From contig JAYRIM010000028.1 of assembly GCA_041906785.1 (NCBI GenBank), forward strand, positions 204,383 through 268,382: a stretch of DNA of 64,000 bases, in the 5' to 3' direction. This document shows, in pieces, positions 20,300 to 30,575 of this stretch (position 1 is the first letter of the stretch; every line of letters begins with the position of its first letter). A program made the translations under genes and the position numbers. The notes under the pieces are model-generated. The model worked only from the letters and a program-made list of their open reading frames with translations. It was not told where the DNA came from and did no database searches. This DNA is from Candidatus Levyibacteriota bacterium (GTDB taxonomy: Bacteria; Patescibacteriota; Microgenomatia; Levybacterales; UBA12049).

Positions 20300-21511
20300 T
20301 TATATGATTTCTAGTTTAGGTAAAGGGAAAATGAAGTGACCACCGGATTCCAAGTATTTTTTTTCCCGTTTCAGAAACTCATCCTTAAAAAACCATGGAA
20401 GTACCAGCATATAATCAGGTTTTTCTTTCCTGGCTTGCTCTTCTGAGATAATCGGTATACCTACAGAGGCGATTTTTTTACCCCATTTTTCTGGATTTCT
20501 TTCAACTGCTTTCTCAATCAATATTTTATCAATGTCATAATATTGTAGAAGTGTATTACCTCTTGTCGATGCGCCATATACATATATTTTTTTCCCTTTT
20601 TGAACCTCTGTCTTTATAAAACTTTGGACTGTTTTTTTATTTTCTTTTATCCGTTTAGCAAAATCCTTATAAATTTTATATCTTTGTAAATTAATAAGTT
20701 TCTCAAGTTGAGTTTGTTCAAATACAGAAACTGAAATAGGTCTTTTATTAGCAAACCCTATATATGTTCTGAAACTACCGCCATTTAGTTCTCGTAATTC
20801 CAGATCAAAAACTTCCATACCATGTCGTTGTAAGAGGTTTTGTAAAGAGATTAACGAATAGTATTCAAGATGTTCATGGACAATATTATCAAATGCGTTT
20901 TGTGTGAGCATTTTTACTAAATAATTTTGTTGAATGACAAATATGCCATCCTTATCAAGTAATTTTGTTATGTCAGACACAAACTTATTTGGATCCTCAA
21001 TATCATAAAAACAAGAAATTGCAGTAATTAAGTTCGCTCTTCTTTTTCCAATAGCTTTTATCACACTCTCATAACTGAAAAAATCATTGATAACAATATC
21101 TGCATGTTGTTTACTTTCGGAAGCCAATTTTTTAACTGGTTCCACACCAACCTTCTTAACATTTTTTGGATAAAATTTTAATAAGGTACCATCATTACTT
21201 CCAATATCTATTGCAAGCAGATTACGCGTTTTCTTATTTAATTTTCTCATTGTTTTTTCAACAATTTCTTTTAATTCATCTTGCATTGTTTGGTTAATGT
21301 TTGATTTGTAACCATAATGTTCAGTGTAAAGCTCTGAAGATGGTGTTGTATGCCCTAATTGTAATAGGTAACAGTTTTTGCAAAGTATAAGCGATAGAGG
21401 ATGTCTTGATGGTTTTTTATCGTCTTCAACAAAATCTGATAAATAAAGTTTGTTAAGTGAGATTATCGGACGCAGTTGTATTGAAGAACAAGAGCGACAA
21501 GCTTTTTGCAT
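20300..21511 (-). CDS. NDP-hexose C-methyltransferase (NovU/TylC3-like; Zn-binding N-domain)
   Basis: CRSC...C..C.LLQL, DIGSNDGTLL, FD.I.HEHLEYYS, NGGS, YGAS.RGNTLLQ, PDY.LVLPW.F, GG.FIFPLP. Confidence 0.9.
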   Translation of the reverse strand: MQKACRSCSSIQLRPIISLNKLYLSDFVEDDKKPSRHPLSLILCKNCYLLQLGHTTPSSELYTEHYGYKSNINQTMQDELKEIVEKTMRKLNKKTRNLLAIDIGSNDGTLLKFYPKNVKKVGVEPVKKLASESKQHADIVINDFFSYESVIKAIGKRRANLITAISCFYDIEDPNKFVSDITKLLDKDGIFVIQQNYLVKMLTQNAFDNIVHEHLEYYSLISLQNLLQRHGMEVFDLELRELNGGSFRTYIGFANKRPISVSVFEQTQLEKLINLQRYKIYKDFAKRIKENKKTVQSFIKTEVQKGKKIYVYGASTRGNTLLQYYDIDKILIEKAVERNPEKWGKKIASVGIPIISEEQARKEKPDYMLVLPWFFKDEFLKREKKYLESGGHFIFPLPKLEII

Positions 21512-21597
21512 AGCTGTTATTATATGTGAAAAAGTATTGATGTTTCAAGAGATTTAACACGATTACTTTTTTTCCCGCCTGAGGTATAATATTCATT

Positions 21598-22824
21598 ATG
21601 GGATATTTAAAAAATGCAGTCATTGGAGTATCTTGGATGTCTGCATACCGTGTTGCTACCCGTATCCTATCTTTCGTTAAGATAGCTGTTCTTGCACGAA
21701 TTCTTACGCCGGCACAATTTGGTATTTTTGGCATCGCTTCATTAGTTTTGACATTATTAGAATTACTTACAGAAACAGGTGTCAATATCTTTTTAATTCA
21801 ATCAAAGAAAGATATCAGTGAATATATTAATTCTGCGTGGGTAGTTTCAATTATCAGGGGAAGTATAATAAGCTGCCTTATTTTTCTTTCTTCTCCCTTC
21901 ATCATCCAGTTTTTTCGAACGCCTGATGCACTATCTATTCTTTTACTTATTAGCTTGGTTCCATTCTTGAGAGGATTTATTAACCCTGCTGTTGTAGGAC
22001 TACAGAAAGAATTGCAATTTAAAAAAGAATTTCTTTATCGTGTTACTGTTTTTTTTACTGATGCTAGTGTAGCCATCATAGCAGCGCTCATTACAAAGTC
22101 TGTTTTTAGTCTTGTTTACGGATTAATAGCTGGAGTACTTTTTGAAATAGTTCTTTCTTTTTTATTGATAAAACCCCGGCCAAAATTTTCATTAAAAGAT
22201 GGTTACTTTCGTCAAATTTTTCACAGTGGAAAATGGGTAACTGCATACGGAATTTTTCATTATTTTGCTCAGCAAGGAGACACGATTACGGTGGGAAAGT
22301 TGTTAGGTACGTCAGCTTTGGGAGTATATGATATGGCATATAAAATCTCAATACTTCCTTTATCTGAAATTGGAGATGTTGTCTCAAGAGTAGTTTTTCC
22401 TGTATACGCGAAAATTGAAGGAGATCGTGATAGATTAAAACGTGCATTCATAAAAAGCTTTACGTCAATTATAATAACTGCAAGTATATTGGGATTATTT
22501 ATTTTTCTATTTTCAAGACAAATTATTCTCGTTTTACTTGGATCGAATTGGTTAATGGCTGAACCTGTTCTTCAAATACTTGCAATATACGGTGTATTAC
22601 TAGCAATCTCGGGCTTTGCTTCAACTGTTTTTTTAGCTACTGGGAATCAACGATATGTAACCATGATGACATTTTTCCGATTTCTGGGTTTAATCAGTAC
22701 AATCTACCCTTTTGTATCCATGTATGGCCTTAAAGGTGCTGGATATTCTGCACTTTTATCTGTCTGTTTTGAAATTCCTGTTACTATTTACTGCCTCCGT
22801 AGAGTATTTTGGCGTACTATATAG
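21598..22824 (+). CDS. wzx: Wzx/WzxC-type polysaccharide flippase
   Basis: LARILTPAQFG, D...GKLLG..ALG.Y..AY, VVFPVYAK. About 12 TM helices. Confidence 0.9.
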   Translation: MGYLKNAVIGVSWMSAYRVATRILSFVKIAVLARILTPAQFGIFGIASLVLTLLELLTETGVNIFLIQSKKDISEYINSAWVVSIIRGSIISCLIFLSSPFIIQFFRTPDALSILLLISLVPFLRGFINPAVVGLQKELQFKKEFLYRVTVFFTDASVAIIAALITKSVFSLVYGLIAGVLFEIVLSFLLIKPRPKFSLKDGYFRQIFHSGKWVTAYGIFHYFAQQGDTITVGKLLGTSALGVYDMAYKISILPLSEIGDVVSRVVFPVYAKIEGDRDRLKRAFIKSFTSIIITASILGLFIFLFSRQIILVLLGSNWLMAEPVLQILAIYGVLLAISGFASTVFLATGNQRYVTMMTFFRFLGLISTIYPFVSMYGLKGAGYSALLSVCFEIPVTIYCLRRVFWRTI

Positions 22825-22827
22825 AGT

Positions 22828-25089
22828 ATGAAAGTTTCGATTATTATTGTTCATTATCATGTCAAACAACGCTTGTTTGATTGTCTCCAATCAATTATTT
22901 CTACAACCGAAAATATACTTTATGAAATAATTGTTGTGGATAATGATGAGAAAAAAACAATTGAAAAAGAATTAAAGGAAAAATTTCCTTTAGTATCATA
23001 TATTGCTAGTGAACAAAATGGCGGTTTTGGTGCTGGAAATAACTTAGGTGCGAAAGCGGCGAAAGGCGACTTCTTATTTTTCCTTAATCCTGATACCCTT
23101 ATTTTAGGTAATTGTATAGAAAAATTATATAATTTTCTCCAAAAAAATAAAAACGCAGCTGCGGTTGCGCCATTGTTACTAGAAAAAAATAAAAAGATTA
23201 TTTCTTTACAAGGAGCACAAGAATTGACACCTATGAGAGCAGTTTTTGCTCTGTCATTTATAAATACTCTCTTTCCTAAAAACTCTATCTCGCGTAAATA
23301 TTGGTTATTAGATTGGAAGAAAGATACATTAAAAAATGTTGATGTTATTCCTGGTACCGCTTTTATGATATCGAGTAAAATATTTAATAGAATTGGGAAA
23401 TTTGATGAACGTTTTTTCCTTTATTTTGAAGAAAACGATATATGCAGAAGAGTTAGATCATTAGGATATGATATTTTTATAAATCCTGAAGCAAAAATTA
23501 TACATTTCTTGGGTGAAAGTACGAAAAAAAGAGAGGACAAGAACGATATTTTTAAGAGAAGCCGTTTTCTCTATTTTAAAAAGCATTTTGGTTTTTTTGC
23601 AGCAATTACGGTACATATTTTTTTGGAATTAAAAAGAAATACATTGTTGACCTTAAGTATTTTTCTTTTGGCAGCATTTTTACGTTTTTATAGACTTGAA
23701 GAAACATTCATTTTTTCTGGCGAAGTGGGACATAACTTGTTGGCTATTAAAAATGCTTTTTTTACTCAAGAAATACCTTTACTGGGTCCGCCGACATCAC
23801 ATCCATGGTTATATTTTGGTCCATTATATTATTGGGTGTATGGTCCAATACTTATCATGAGTGGATTTAATCCTGTGAGTCATGCCTTTTTTGGTGCAGT
23901 AATCTCTATTCTCACTGTATTAGCAAATTATTTCGTCATTAAAAAAATTTTCAATAAAAGAGTAGCATTGATTTCTTCTTATCTTATTTCTATTTCACCT
24001 TTATTTATGAATTTTACCCGGGGAGCAAGATTTTTCTCTATCGTGTCTTTTCTTATTTATCCTTTACTATACTTACTATTTACCATTACTAAAGAAAAAA
24101 AACATTATATCTTTTTCATCGGCTTGTTGATTGGTAGTATGTTTAGTTTTCATTTTACTCCAATCATTCTTATCCCTTTCATTTTTTCGATTTTTTATGT
24201 AAAAAAAATCGGTAGCATAAAAGAAGTTTTCCTCCGATTTTTATTTGGAGTAATTATTCCTATGCTTAGTTTTTTTTATTATGATGTGTCTCATGGTTTT
24301 TCAATGACTAGAAATATTCTTCTTTGGATACCTTATAGAATAGCGGGTTTTGTAGGTTTATATCCTAAAAATACGATTTCTCAAAAAGTTGTAGGGGATA
24401 ACGTACTTTCACTCTCTGATTTCTTTACGAAAAGTATTATCAATACAAATTCTTCAGTATTAAATGTTATAGTTTTAATTGCTTTGCTTTCATTTGTTTT
24501 ATTTAAGATAAGCAGATCAATATATTCAAAAAAGATTATCTTTTCAGAAGCATTTGTATTTTTATGGTTTATGTGGGGATATGTAGCTATTTTTATTCAC
24601 GGCTCACCACCAATTCATTATTTTTTACCACTGTTACCCCTGCCAATTATCATTTTTGCTTTATTTTTGGAAAGACTTTGGAGTAAACGCATTGGTAAAG
24701 CAGGAGTCGTTAGCATATTAGTTGTACTAACTATTATCAATCTAAAATATTATTTTTCTGATACATGGTTTTTTTTGTCTGAAAAAGCTATGAGTATCCA
24801 TCCTTATTATGTACCTTATACACTGCAACAAAATGTTGCCAGAGAGATAGTGAAAGATGCAAAAGGAGAAAAATATAAATTAAAAAGAGTTGGTTTAGAT
24901 GATCAGTTCGAAGAAGATTATGCGCAAAATTACATTTATTTACTTTGGCTTTACGGGAACGAACCAGAAAAAGAGGCAAAAATAACGTATACTATTTATG
25001 AGGAGCCTATACCTAAGCAATTAGAAAAAAACATGCATATTCAAAAAAAGAAAGTTTCCAATATAACAATTGTGAAAGAGTTACAATAA
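22828..25089 (+). CDS. GT2 (WbbL-like) + GT-C (ArnT/PMT-like) fusion protein
   Basis: VVDND, NGGFGAGNN, FLNPD, FDERFFLYFEEND, followed by LRFYRL...PLLGPPTS...GPLYY and a multi-TM domain. Confidence 0.82.
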   Translation: MKVSIIIVHYHVKQRLFDCLQSIISTTENILYEIIVVDNDEKKTIEKELKEKFPLVSYIASEQNGGFGAGNNLGAKAAKGDFLFFLNPDTLILGNCIEKLYNFLQKNKNAAAVAPLLLEKNKKIISLQGAQELTPMRAVFALSFINTLFPKNSISRKYWLLDWKKDTLKNVDVIPGTAFMISSKIFNRIGKFDERFFLYFEENDICRRVRSLGYDIFINPEAKIIHFLGESTKKREDKNDIFKRSRFLYFKKHFGFFAAITVHIFLELKRNTLLTLSIFLLAAFLRFYRLEETFIFSGEVGHNLLAIKNAFFTQEIPLLGPPTSHPWLYFGPLYYWVYGPILIMSGFNPVSHAFFGAVISILTVLANYFVIKKIFNKRVALISSYLISISPLFMNFTRGARFFSIVSFLIYPLLYLLFTITKEKKHYIFFIGLLIGSMFSFHFTPIILIPFIFSIFYVKKIGSIKEVFLRFLFGVIIPMLSFFYYDVSHGFSMTRNILLWIPYRIAGFVGLYPKNTISQKVVGDNVLSLSDFFTKSIINTNSSVLNVIVLIALLSFVLFKISRSIYSKKIIFSEAFVFLWFMWGYVAIFIHGSPPIHYFLPLLPLPIIIFALFLERLWSKRIGKAGVVSILVVLTIINLKYYFSDTWFFLSEKAMSIHPYYVPYTLQQNVAREIVKDAKGEKYKLKRVGLDDQFEEDYAQNYIYLLWLYGNEPEKEAKITYTIYEEPIPKQLEKNMHIQKKKVSNITIVKELQ

Positions 25090-25107
25090 CTATTAGTTAA
25101 CTTATTT

Positions 25108-25878
25108 ATGATTGCGGCTGTAATTCTAACAAGAAACGAAGAGAGTAATATAAAAAATAGTCTTAATTCCGTTTTATGGTGTGATGAAGTAGTCGTTATT
25201 GATGACAATTCTACCGATAAAACTCTCCAGATTATTAAAGAATTTCATTCTCAAAAAATAAAGATCTTTCAAAGGGGTATTCAAGAGGATTTTGCTAGCC
25301 AAAGAAATTATGCTTTAGAAAAGGTTAAGAGTGACTGGGTATTCTTTGTTGATGCGGATGAAATTGTTTCTTCTGCCTTACAATTTGAAATAATAAATAC
25401 AATAAATTCAAATCTAGAGAAAAAGAAAGGCTATCTACTGAGACGAAAAGATTTTATGTGGGGAAAAGCAATTAATCATGGTGAATCAAATAATACGAAA
25501 CTTCTAAGGCTTGGTAGAAAAGATAGCGGAGAATGGGTTGGAAAAGTTCATGAAGAATGGAAGATACAAGGACCAATTGGTGAACTGCAACACGTTTTAA
25601 TACATTACCCCCATAGTACGGTAAAAGAATTTCTTGAGGAAATAAACCACTATACGAACATTCGTGCAATCGAACTCTATACTCTTAATAAAAAGGCAAA
25701 TGTATTATCTCTAGTCTTCTATCCTACCGCTAAATTTATACAGAACTATATTTTTCGCAGAGGTTTTCTTGATGGTACTGCTGGATTAATTTTATCGCTA
25801 ATAATGAGTTTTCATTCTTTTCTTGTGAGAGGAAAATTATGGATGTTATGGCAACAGACAAAAAAAATTAATGAATGA
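25108..25878 (+). CDS. GT2 glycosyltransferase (WaaE/KdtX-like)
   Basis: LTRNEE, DDNSTD, FASQRN, FVDADE, VHE, GFLDG..G. Confidence 0.88.
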   Translation: MIAAVILTRNEESNIKNSLNSVLWCDEVVVIDDNSTDKTLQIIKEFHSQKIKIFQRGIQEDFASQRNYALEKVKSDWVFFVDADEIVSSALQFEIINTINSNLEKKKGYLLRRKDFMWGKAINHGESNNTKLLRLGRKDSGEWVGKVHEEWKIQGPIGELQHVLIHYPHSTVKEFLEEINHYTNIRAIELYTLNKKANVLSLVFYPTAKFIQNYIFRRGFLDGTAGLILSLIMSFHSFLVRGKLWMLWQQTKKINE

Positions 25879-27622
25879 AAAATTTAAAAAATTTATTGTT
25901 TTTTTATATTTTGTTTCAGCAACAATTTTCGTTACGTATCCCCTTATATTTCACTTAGGTGATTACACATTTGAGTACGGAGATTCATTACTCATCACAG
26001 GAATTATTAATTGGAATATTCATTCTTTTTTTCACGATCCATTCCATGTTTTTGATGCTCCTATTTATTATCCATATAAAAACACTTTAGCGTATTCAGA
26101 TACTCATTTTATAGGTTCTCTTCTTGGTTTCTTGCCATTATTACTTATGAGAGAACCAATGGTGGCTTATAACACTAGCATATTACTATCTTTGATTATG
26201 CTTGGTTATTTTACCTTTCTCTTAGTTTACTATTTCACTAGTACTCCGACCGCAGGGGTTATTAGCGGATCACTAGTTGCTTATTCAACATTTACACTGC
26301 AAAGACTTATTCATCCTCAGGTTATCGCAATTCAATGGATTCCTTTATTTCTTTACTTTTTTTTCACATTTTTAAAGCAAAAAAAATACAAGTATCTCTT
26401 TCTAGCCAATTTCTTTTTTATTATTCAAGTACTCAATAGTTTTTTACCTGCATATTTTATTATGTGTTTGGTTTTCACGACTATAGTATATTATTTTTTT
26501 TTAAAAAAAGAAGAACTAAAGTTATTTTTTAATAAAAAAGTTTTATTTCTGATTGTCTTCAATGTTTTATTTTTATGTATGCTTACTTTTCCTTATTATT
26601 CAGTTTCTCATCAATTTAATTACGTTAGAGATATTCGGGATACGATCAATTTCGCCAATAGGCCAGAATTTTTTCTTTACCCTAACTCTAGTACTAGATT
26701 ACAGGCTTTTTTACTTAATACCATATACACTGGAAGATATAAGCTTATTTATGATGGATATTTAGGTTTAGTACTGACTATCTCATCATTATTTTGTATA
26801 GGCTACAAATTAATTAAAAAAAGGTTAAAAAATAAAAACGAGTATTTTTCAATCTTTTTTTATACAGGAGTAACTGCATTTGTTCTTAGTCTCGGACCGG
26901 TGTTTCAATGGGGAGGAAAAGTTATTAAAGAGCCATTTATGATTCCTTTGCCATATGCATTACTCTACTATATTGTGCCTGGTTTTAAGGGAATTAGAAA
27001 TTCTGCTCGATGGGAAATGTTAGGTGTCTTTGCGTTTTCTGTTGTCGCAGGTATTTTATTTTCCTCTATCATGAAAAGTTACACTTTAAGAATACGATTA
27101 ATCATAACGATATTCATTTGTACATTGATTTTAGTTGAGTTCCCTGTTCCGAGAAAATATCTTCAGATTGAAACAATCGATCAGTTTCCTCAAGTTTATC
27201 ATTTTGTTAAAACATTACCAAAGGATGCGGTTATTTTAGAATTACCTTTTTATAATTGGAATATGACACCTTTTGCAGTGATCGAAAGTAAAAGAATATA
27301 TTACAGTACCTTGCATAATAAAAAACGGATGAATGGAGGAAGCGGTTTTTCTCCACCACAGTGGCAAGAAAAAACAATGGAATTCCGTAGTAATTTTCCG
27401 GATGATAAGACAATTTCATATTTAAAAAAAATTAAGGTTACTCATTTGATACTTCATAAACAAGAATATGAAGCCATGGAAAAAATATATATTTCTCAAA
27501 GAGATGATAAGATTATGTTTTGGAAAGATATCGTAAAGAATCTAAGAAAATATCCTGAAATAAAGTTTGTAAAACAATTTGGATTAGATTATTTCTATGA
27601 AATAAAATATAAAAAAAGCTAG
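25871..27622 (+). CDS. GT-C-like multi-pass membrane protein (YfhO-like)
   Basis: TYPL, YGDS loop, YYPYKNTLAYSD, YLG, LSLGP, PGF.GIR..AR, NG.SGF.P. Confidence 0.7.
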   Translation: MNEKFKKFIVFLYFVSATIFVTYPLIFHLGDYTFEYGDSLLITGIINWNIHSFFHDPFHVFDAPIYYPYKNTLAYSDTHFIGSLLGFLPLLLMREPMVAYNTSILLSLIMLGYFTFLLVYYFTSTPTAGVISGSLVAYSTFTLQRLIHPQVIAIQWIPLFLYFFFTFLKQKKYKYLFLANFFFIIQVLNSFLPAYFIMCLVFTTIVYYFFLKKEELKLFFNKKVLFLIVFNVLFLCMLTFPYYSVSHQFNYVRDIRDTINFANRPEFFLYPNSSTRLQAFLLNTIYTGRYKLIYDGYLGLVLTISSLFCIGYKLIKKRLKNKNEYFSIFFYTGVTAFVLSLGPVFQWGGKVIKEPFMIPLPYALLYYIVPGFKGIRNSARWEMLGVFAFSVVAGILFSSIMKSYTLRIRLIITIFICTLILVEFPVPRKYLQIETIDQFPQVYHFVKTLPKDAVILELPFYNWNMTPFAVIESKRIYYSTLHNKKRMNGGSGFSPPQWQEKTMEFRSNFPDDKTISYLKKIKVTHLILHKQEYEAMEKIYISQRDDKIMFWKDIVKNLRKYPEIKFVKQFGLDYFYEIKYKKS

Positions 27623-27727
27623 TTACTTTTTAATATAAGATTATTGAACTATTATGTCTAAAAGCTATACTTTCATATTTATTATTTGGATGATTGTTAT
27701 TTTATTAATCTATATTCACTATTTACT

Positions 27728-29368
27728 ATGCCGAGGAGAAATATGTTTGTTTTAGCAATCTTTTTAGGACTTTTTTCTTATATTATCTTCTTTTTGGGAA
27801 TAGCAGGCTTCTTATATAAAGATACGGTAATAGCAATTACAATTTTTTATTCTTTGTCTTCTTTATTCTATTTTCGAAAAAGCATACATAGAACTTTATA
27901 TACATTTATTGATACGTGGAAAAGAAAAACAATATCTATTAAAAAATTAAAACTTGAATTTTTCTTATTATTCATACTTATTATTCAAGCAATTGTAAAT
28001 CTTATTGGAGTATTAGGCCCGGAGTTAGCATATGATGCATTGTGGTACCACTTAACACTTCCGAAAATGTTTCTTTTAGAAAAGAAAATTTACTTTATCC
28101 CTGGTGGGTTATTTTACTATTCAGTGATGCCTAAACTAACTGAAATGTTTTATCTAACAGGACTCATTTTTCAAGGAGAAATATTAGCAAAGTTTATACA
28201 TTTTACTTTTGGAATTTTATCCTTAGGTGCATTATACATGTTCGCTAGAAAATATTTTACGGTTTCTACATCTCTGTTGATTTGTTTATTATTTTATTCA
28301 AATCTTGTTGTGGCATGGGAATCTATAACTGCGTATGTAGACTTAGCTCGAACTTTTTATGAAATTCTAGCAGTGTTTGCTCTAATATGCTGGATTCATG
28401 GTGAAGAGAGAAAATGGCTATATCTCTCTGCTGTTATGATAGGTTTCGCTATGAACGTAAAACTTATTGCCGTTAGTTCTTTTATTATTTATTTACTCAT
28501 AATTTCATTTATTTTGTACAAAAAAAAGTCTACATTCTTAAAATGCTTGACAGTTATAACTTCGTATATTCTAATAGCGATGTTCTGTATACTACCTTGG
28601 TTGTTGTTTTCTTATTTTTCTACAGGAAATCCAATCTATCCTATTTTTAGTGGGTATCCAATAGGATATCATAAGAACTTACTATCACCGATTCATTTTA
28701 TTTCTGATATTTTCAAAGTTTTTCTTTTTGCGGATGATCCATCATCACCGATTTACCTTATCTGTTTACCGTTATTACTTTTCTACTTTAAAAAAATAAG
28801 AAAAGAATTTAAAATCATTAGTGCAATAAGCCTTTTATCTATTATGTTTTGGTATTTCACTCCGAGAACAGGCGGGGGGAGATTCTTAATGCCTTATCTT
28901 CCTTTATATAGTTTATTAGTTGGCGAAGTTATTTTGAATTTACAGAAAAACAAATTACTAAGACAACAAATTATTATAGTCGTTATTTTTACAGCCTGTA
29001 TTACGATAGGCTATAGATTTATAGCAAATTCGAAGTACATATCTTATATTATTGGTAAGGAATCCAGATCAGAATTTCTGCATAAACATCTTAATTTTAG
29101 CTTTGGAGATTTTCATGATATAGATGGGTATTTCCTAAAAACGATTAAAAGAGACGACAAAGTATTATTATTTGGGTTTCATAATCTTTACTATATAGAT
29201 TTTCCTTTTGTTGATTCATCTTGGGTAAGAAAAGGGGATTTGTTTAATTATATTGCGACACAAAATACTTTATTACCAGACCGATTTAGAACTTGGAAAT
29301 TGGTTTATGAAAATGAACAGACTGGAGTAAAGCTTTATTCTCAAGGTAAGAAATTTTTTCTTTACTAA
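27728..29368 (+). CDS. GT-C-like membrane glycosyltransferase (GT39/PMT-2-like)
   Basis: YDALWYHLTLPK loop, AYVD, K..A, PW, GNPIYP, GRFL.P. The start may be ATG 27728 or 27743. Confidence 0.72.
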   Translation: MPRRNMFVLAIFLGLFSYIIFFLGIAGFLYKDTVIAITIFYSLSSLFYFRKSIHRTLYTFIDTWKRKTISIKKLKLEFFLLFILIIQAIVNLIGVLGPELAYDALWYHLTLPKMFLLEKKIYFIPGGLFYYSVMPKLTEMFYLTGLIFQGEILAKFIHFTFGILSLGALYMFARKYFTVSTSLLICLLFYSNLVVAWESITAYVDLARTFYEILAVFALICWIHGEERKWLYLSAVMIGFAMNVKLIAVSSFIIYLLIISFILYKKKSTFLKCLTVITSYILIAMFCILPWLLFSYFSTGNPIYPIFSGYPIGYHKNLLSPIHFISDIFKVFLFADDPSSPIYLICLPLLLFYFKKIRKEFKIISAISLLSIMFWYFTPRTGGGRFLMPYLPLYSLLVGEVILNLQKNKLLRQQIIIVVIFTACITIGYRFIANSKYISYIIGKESRSEFLHKHLNFSFGDFHDIDGYFLKTIKRDDKVLLFGFHNLYYIDFPFVDSSWVRKGDLFNYIATQNTLLPDRFRTWKLVYENEQTGVKLYSQGKKFFLY

Positions 29369-29378
29369 TGATAAACAT

Positions 29379-30575
29379 ATGTCTTTTATCACATTATTTA
29401 TAGTTACAATTATATCCTTTGCTTCAGGAGAAATTGGTCGAATCGATTTTAGGAATGGCGTAGCTATTCATATCTCTGATATTTTACTTTTTATAACTTT
29501 TTTATTCTGGCTATTACGTATTAAAAAAAACTTTAAAGTTTTCTATTTTTTTCTCACAAAACCTCTAATTCTATTTGTTCTATTTTGTATAGTTTCATTA
29601 TTACTAAATCCTCTTTCATTGTCTTTAACTAGTCTATTCCTCTCTTCTCTTTATCTTATCCGATGGATTTTATACTGTTCTATTCTTTTTATAAGCAGAA
29701 CTTTTACTCTAGAAGAACGAAAGAAAATCTTTCAAACCTTATTGATAACTGGTTTATCGTTAGTTTTATTCGGATACATCCAATATTTTTTTTATCCAAA
29801 CCTTCGTAATCTTTATTATCTTGGATGGGATGATCATTTATATCGATTGTTTTCGACATTACTTGATCCAAATTTTACGGCAACAATTTTAAGTTTTCTA
29901 TTATTTATGTTACTTACTTTATTGATATCTAGTAAGAAGCGTAGATTACTATATTTAATATGTTTTATAATTTCTTTTATAGCATTATTGTTGACATATT
30001 CAAGAAGCGGGTATGTGATGTTCATTGTTGGAAGCGTTATAAACTTATGGCTATTAAGAAAAAGAAAATTAATATTTCTGTTATTCGTAGTGTTGATGTT
30101 TGGTATTGTAGTGTTGCCTAAAGATCTAGGGAGTGCTGGCGTTGAGCTATGGCGGACTCAATCGATAATAGCGAGGTCTATGGATGCCCAACAAGCAATC
30201 ACTATATTTCTAGATAATCCTATCTTAGGGGTCGGGTTTAATACGTATCGTTATGCACAAAAAGAATATGGTTTTTCAAATCATAGAAATTGGCAAGTAA
30301 GTCATTCAGACGCCGGGACTGATAATAGCTGGTTGTTTGTTTTAGTAACTACAGGGGTAGTTGGATTTATATTATATATATTGTTATGGTGGAGAATTAT
30401 TTATATGACATATAGAGTTTATAAAACGAATAAGTCAGATAGTTTTGAGAAAACGGTAGCTATCATACTGCTTTCTTCAATAGCAGGACTTTTCATTAAT
30501 GCTTTCTTTATTAATAGCCTTTTTTACCCAATGGTAATGTTATGGATGTGGGTTTTAATAGGATTATGGGATTAA
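29379..30575 (+). CDS. O-antigen ligase/Wzy-family polymerase
   Basis: RLFSTLLDPN, LTYSRSG, NPILGVGFN, DNSWL. Multi-TM. Confidence 0.85.
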   Translation: MSFITLFIVTIISFASGEIGRIDFRNGVAIHISDILLFITFLFWLLRIKKNFKVFYFFLTKPLILFVLFCIVSLLLNPLSLSLTSLFLSSLYLIRWILYCSILFISRTFTLEERKKIFQTLLITGLSLVLFGYIQYFFYPNLRNLYYLGWDDHLYRLFSTLLDPNFTATILSFLLFMLLTLLISSKKRRLLYLICFIISFIALLLTYSRSGYVMFIVGSVINLWLLRKRKLIFLLFVVLMFGIVVLPKDLGSAGVELWRTQSIIARSMDAQQAITIFLDNPILGVGFNTYRYAQKEYGFSNHRNWQVSHSDAGTDNSWLFVLVTTGVVGFILYILLWWRIIYMTYRVYKTNKSDSFEKTVAIILLSSIAGLFINAFFINSLFYPMVMLWMWVLIGLWD

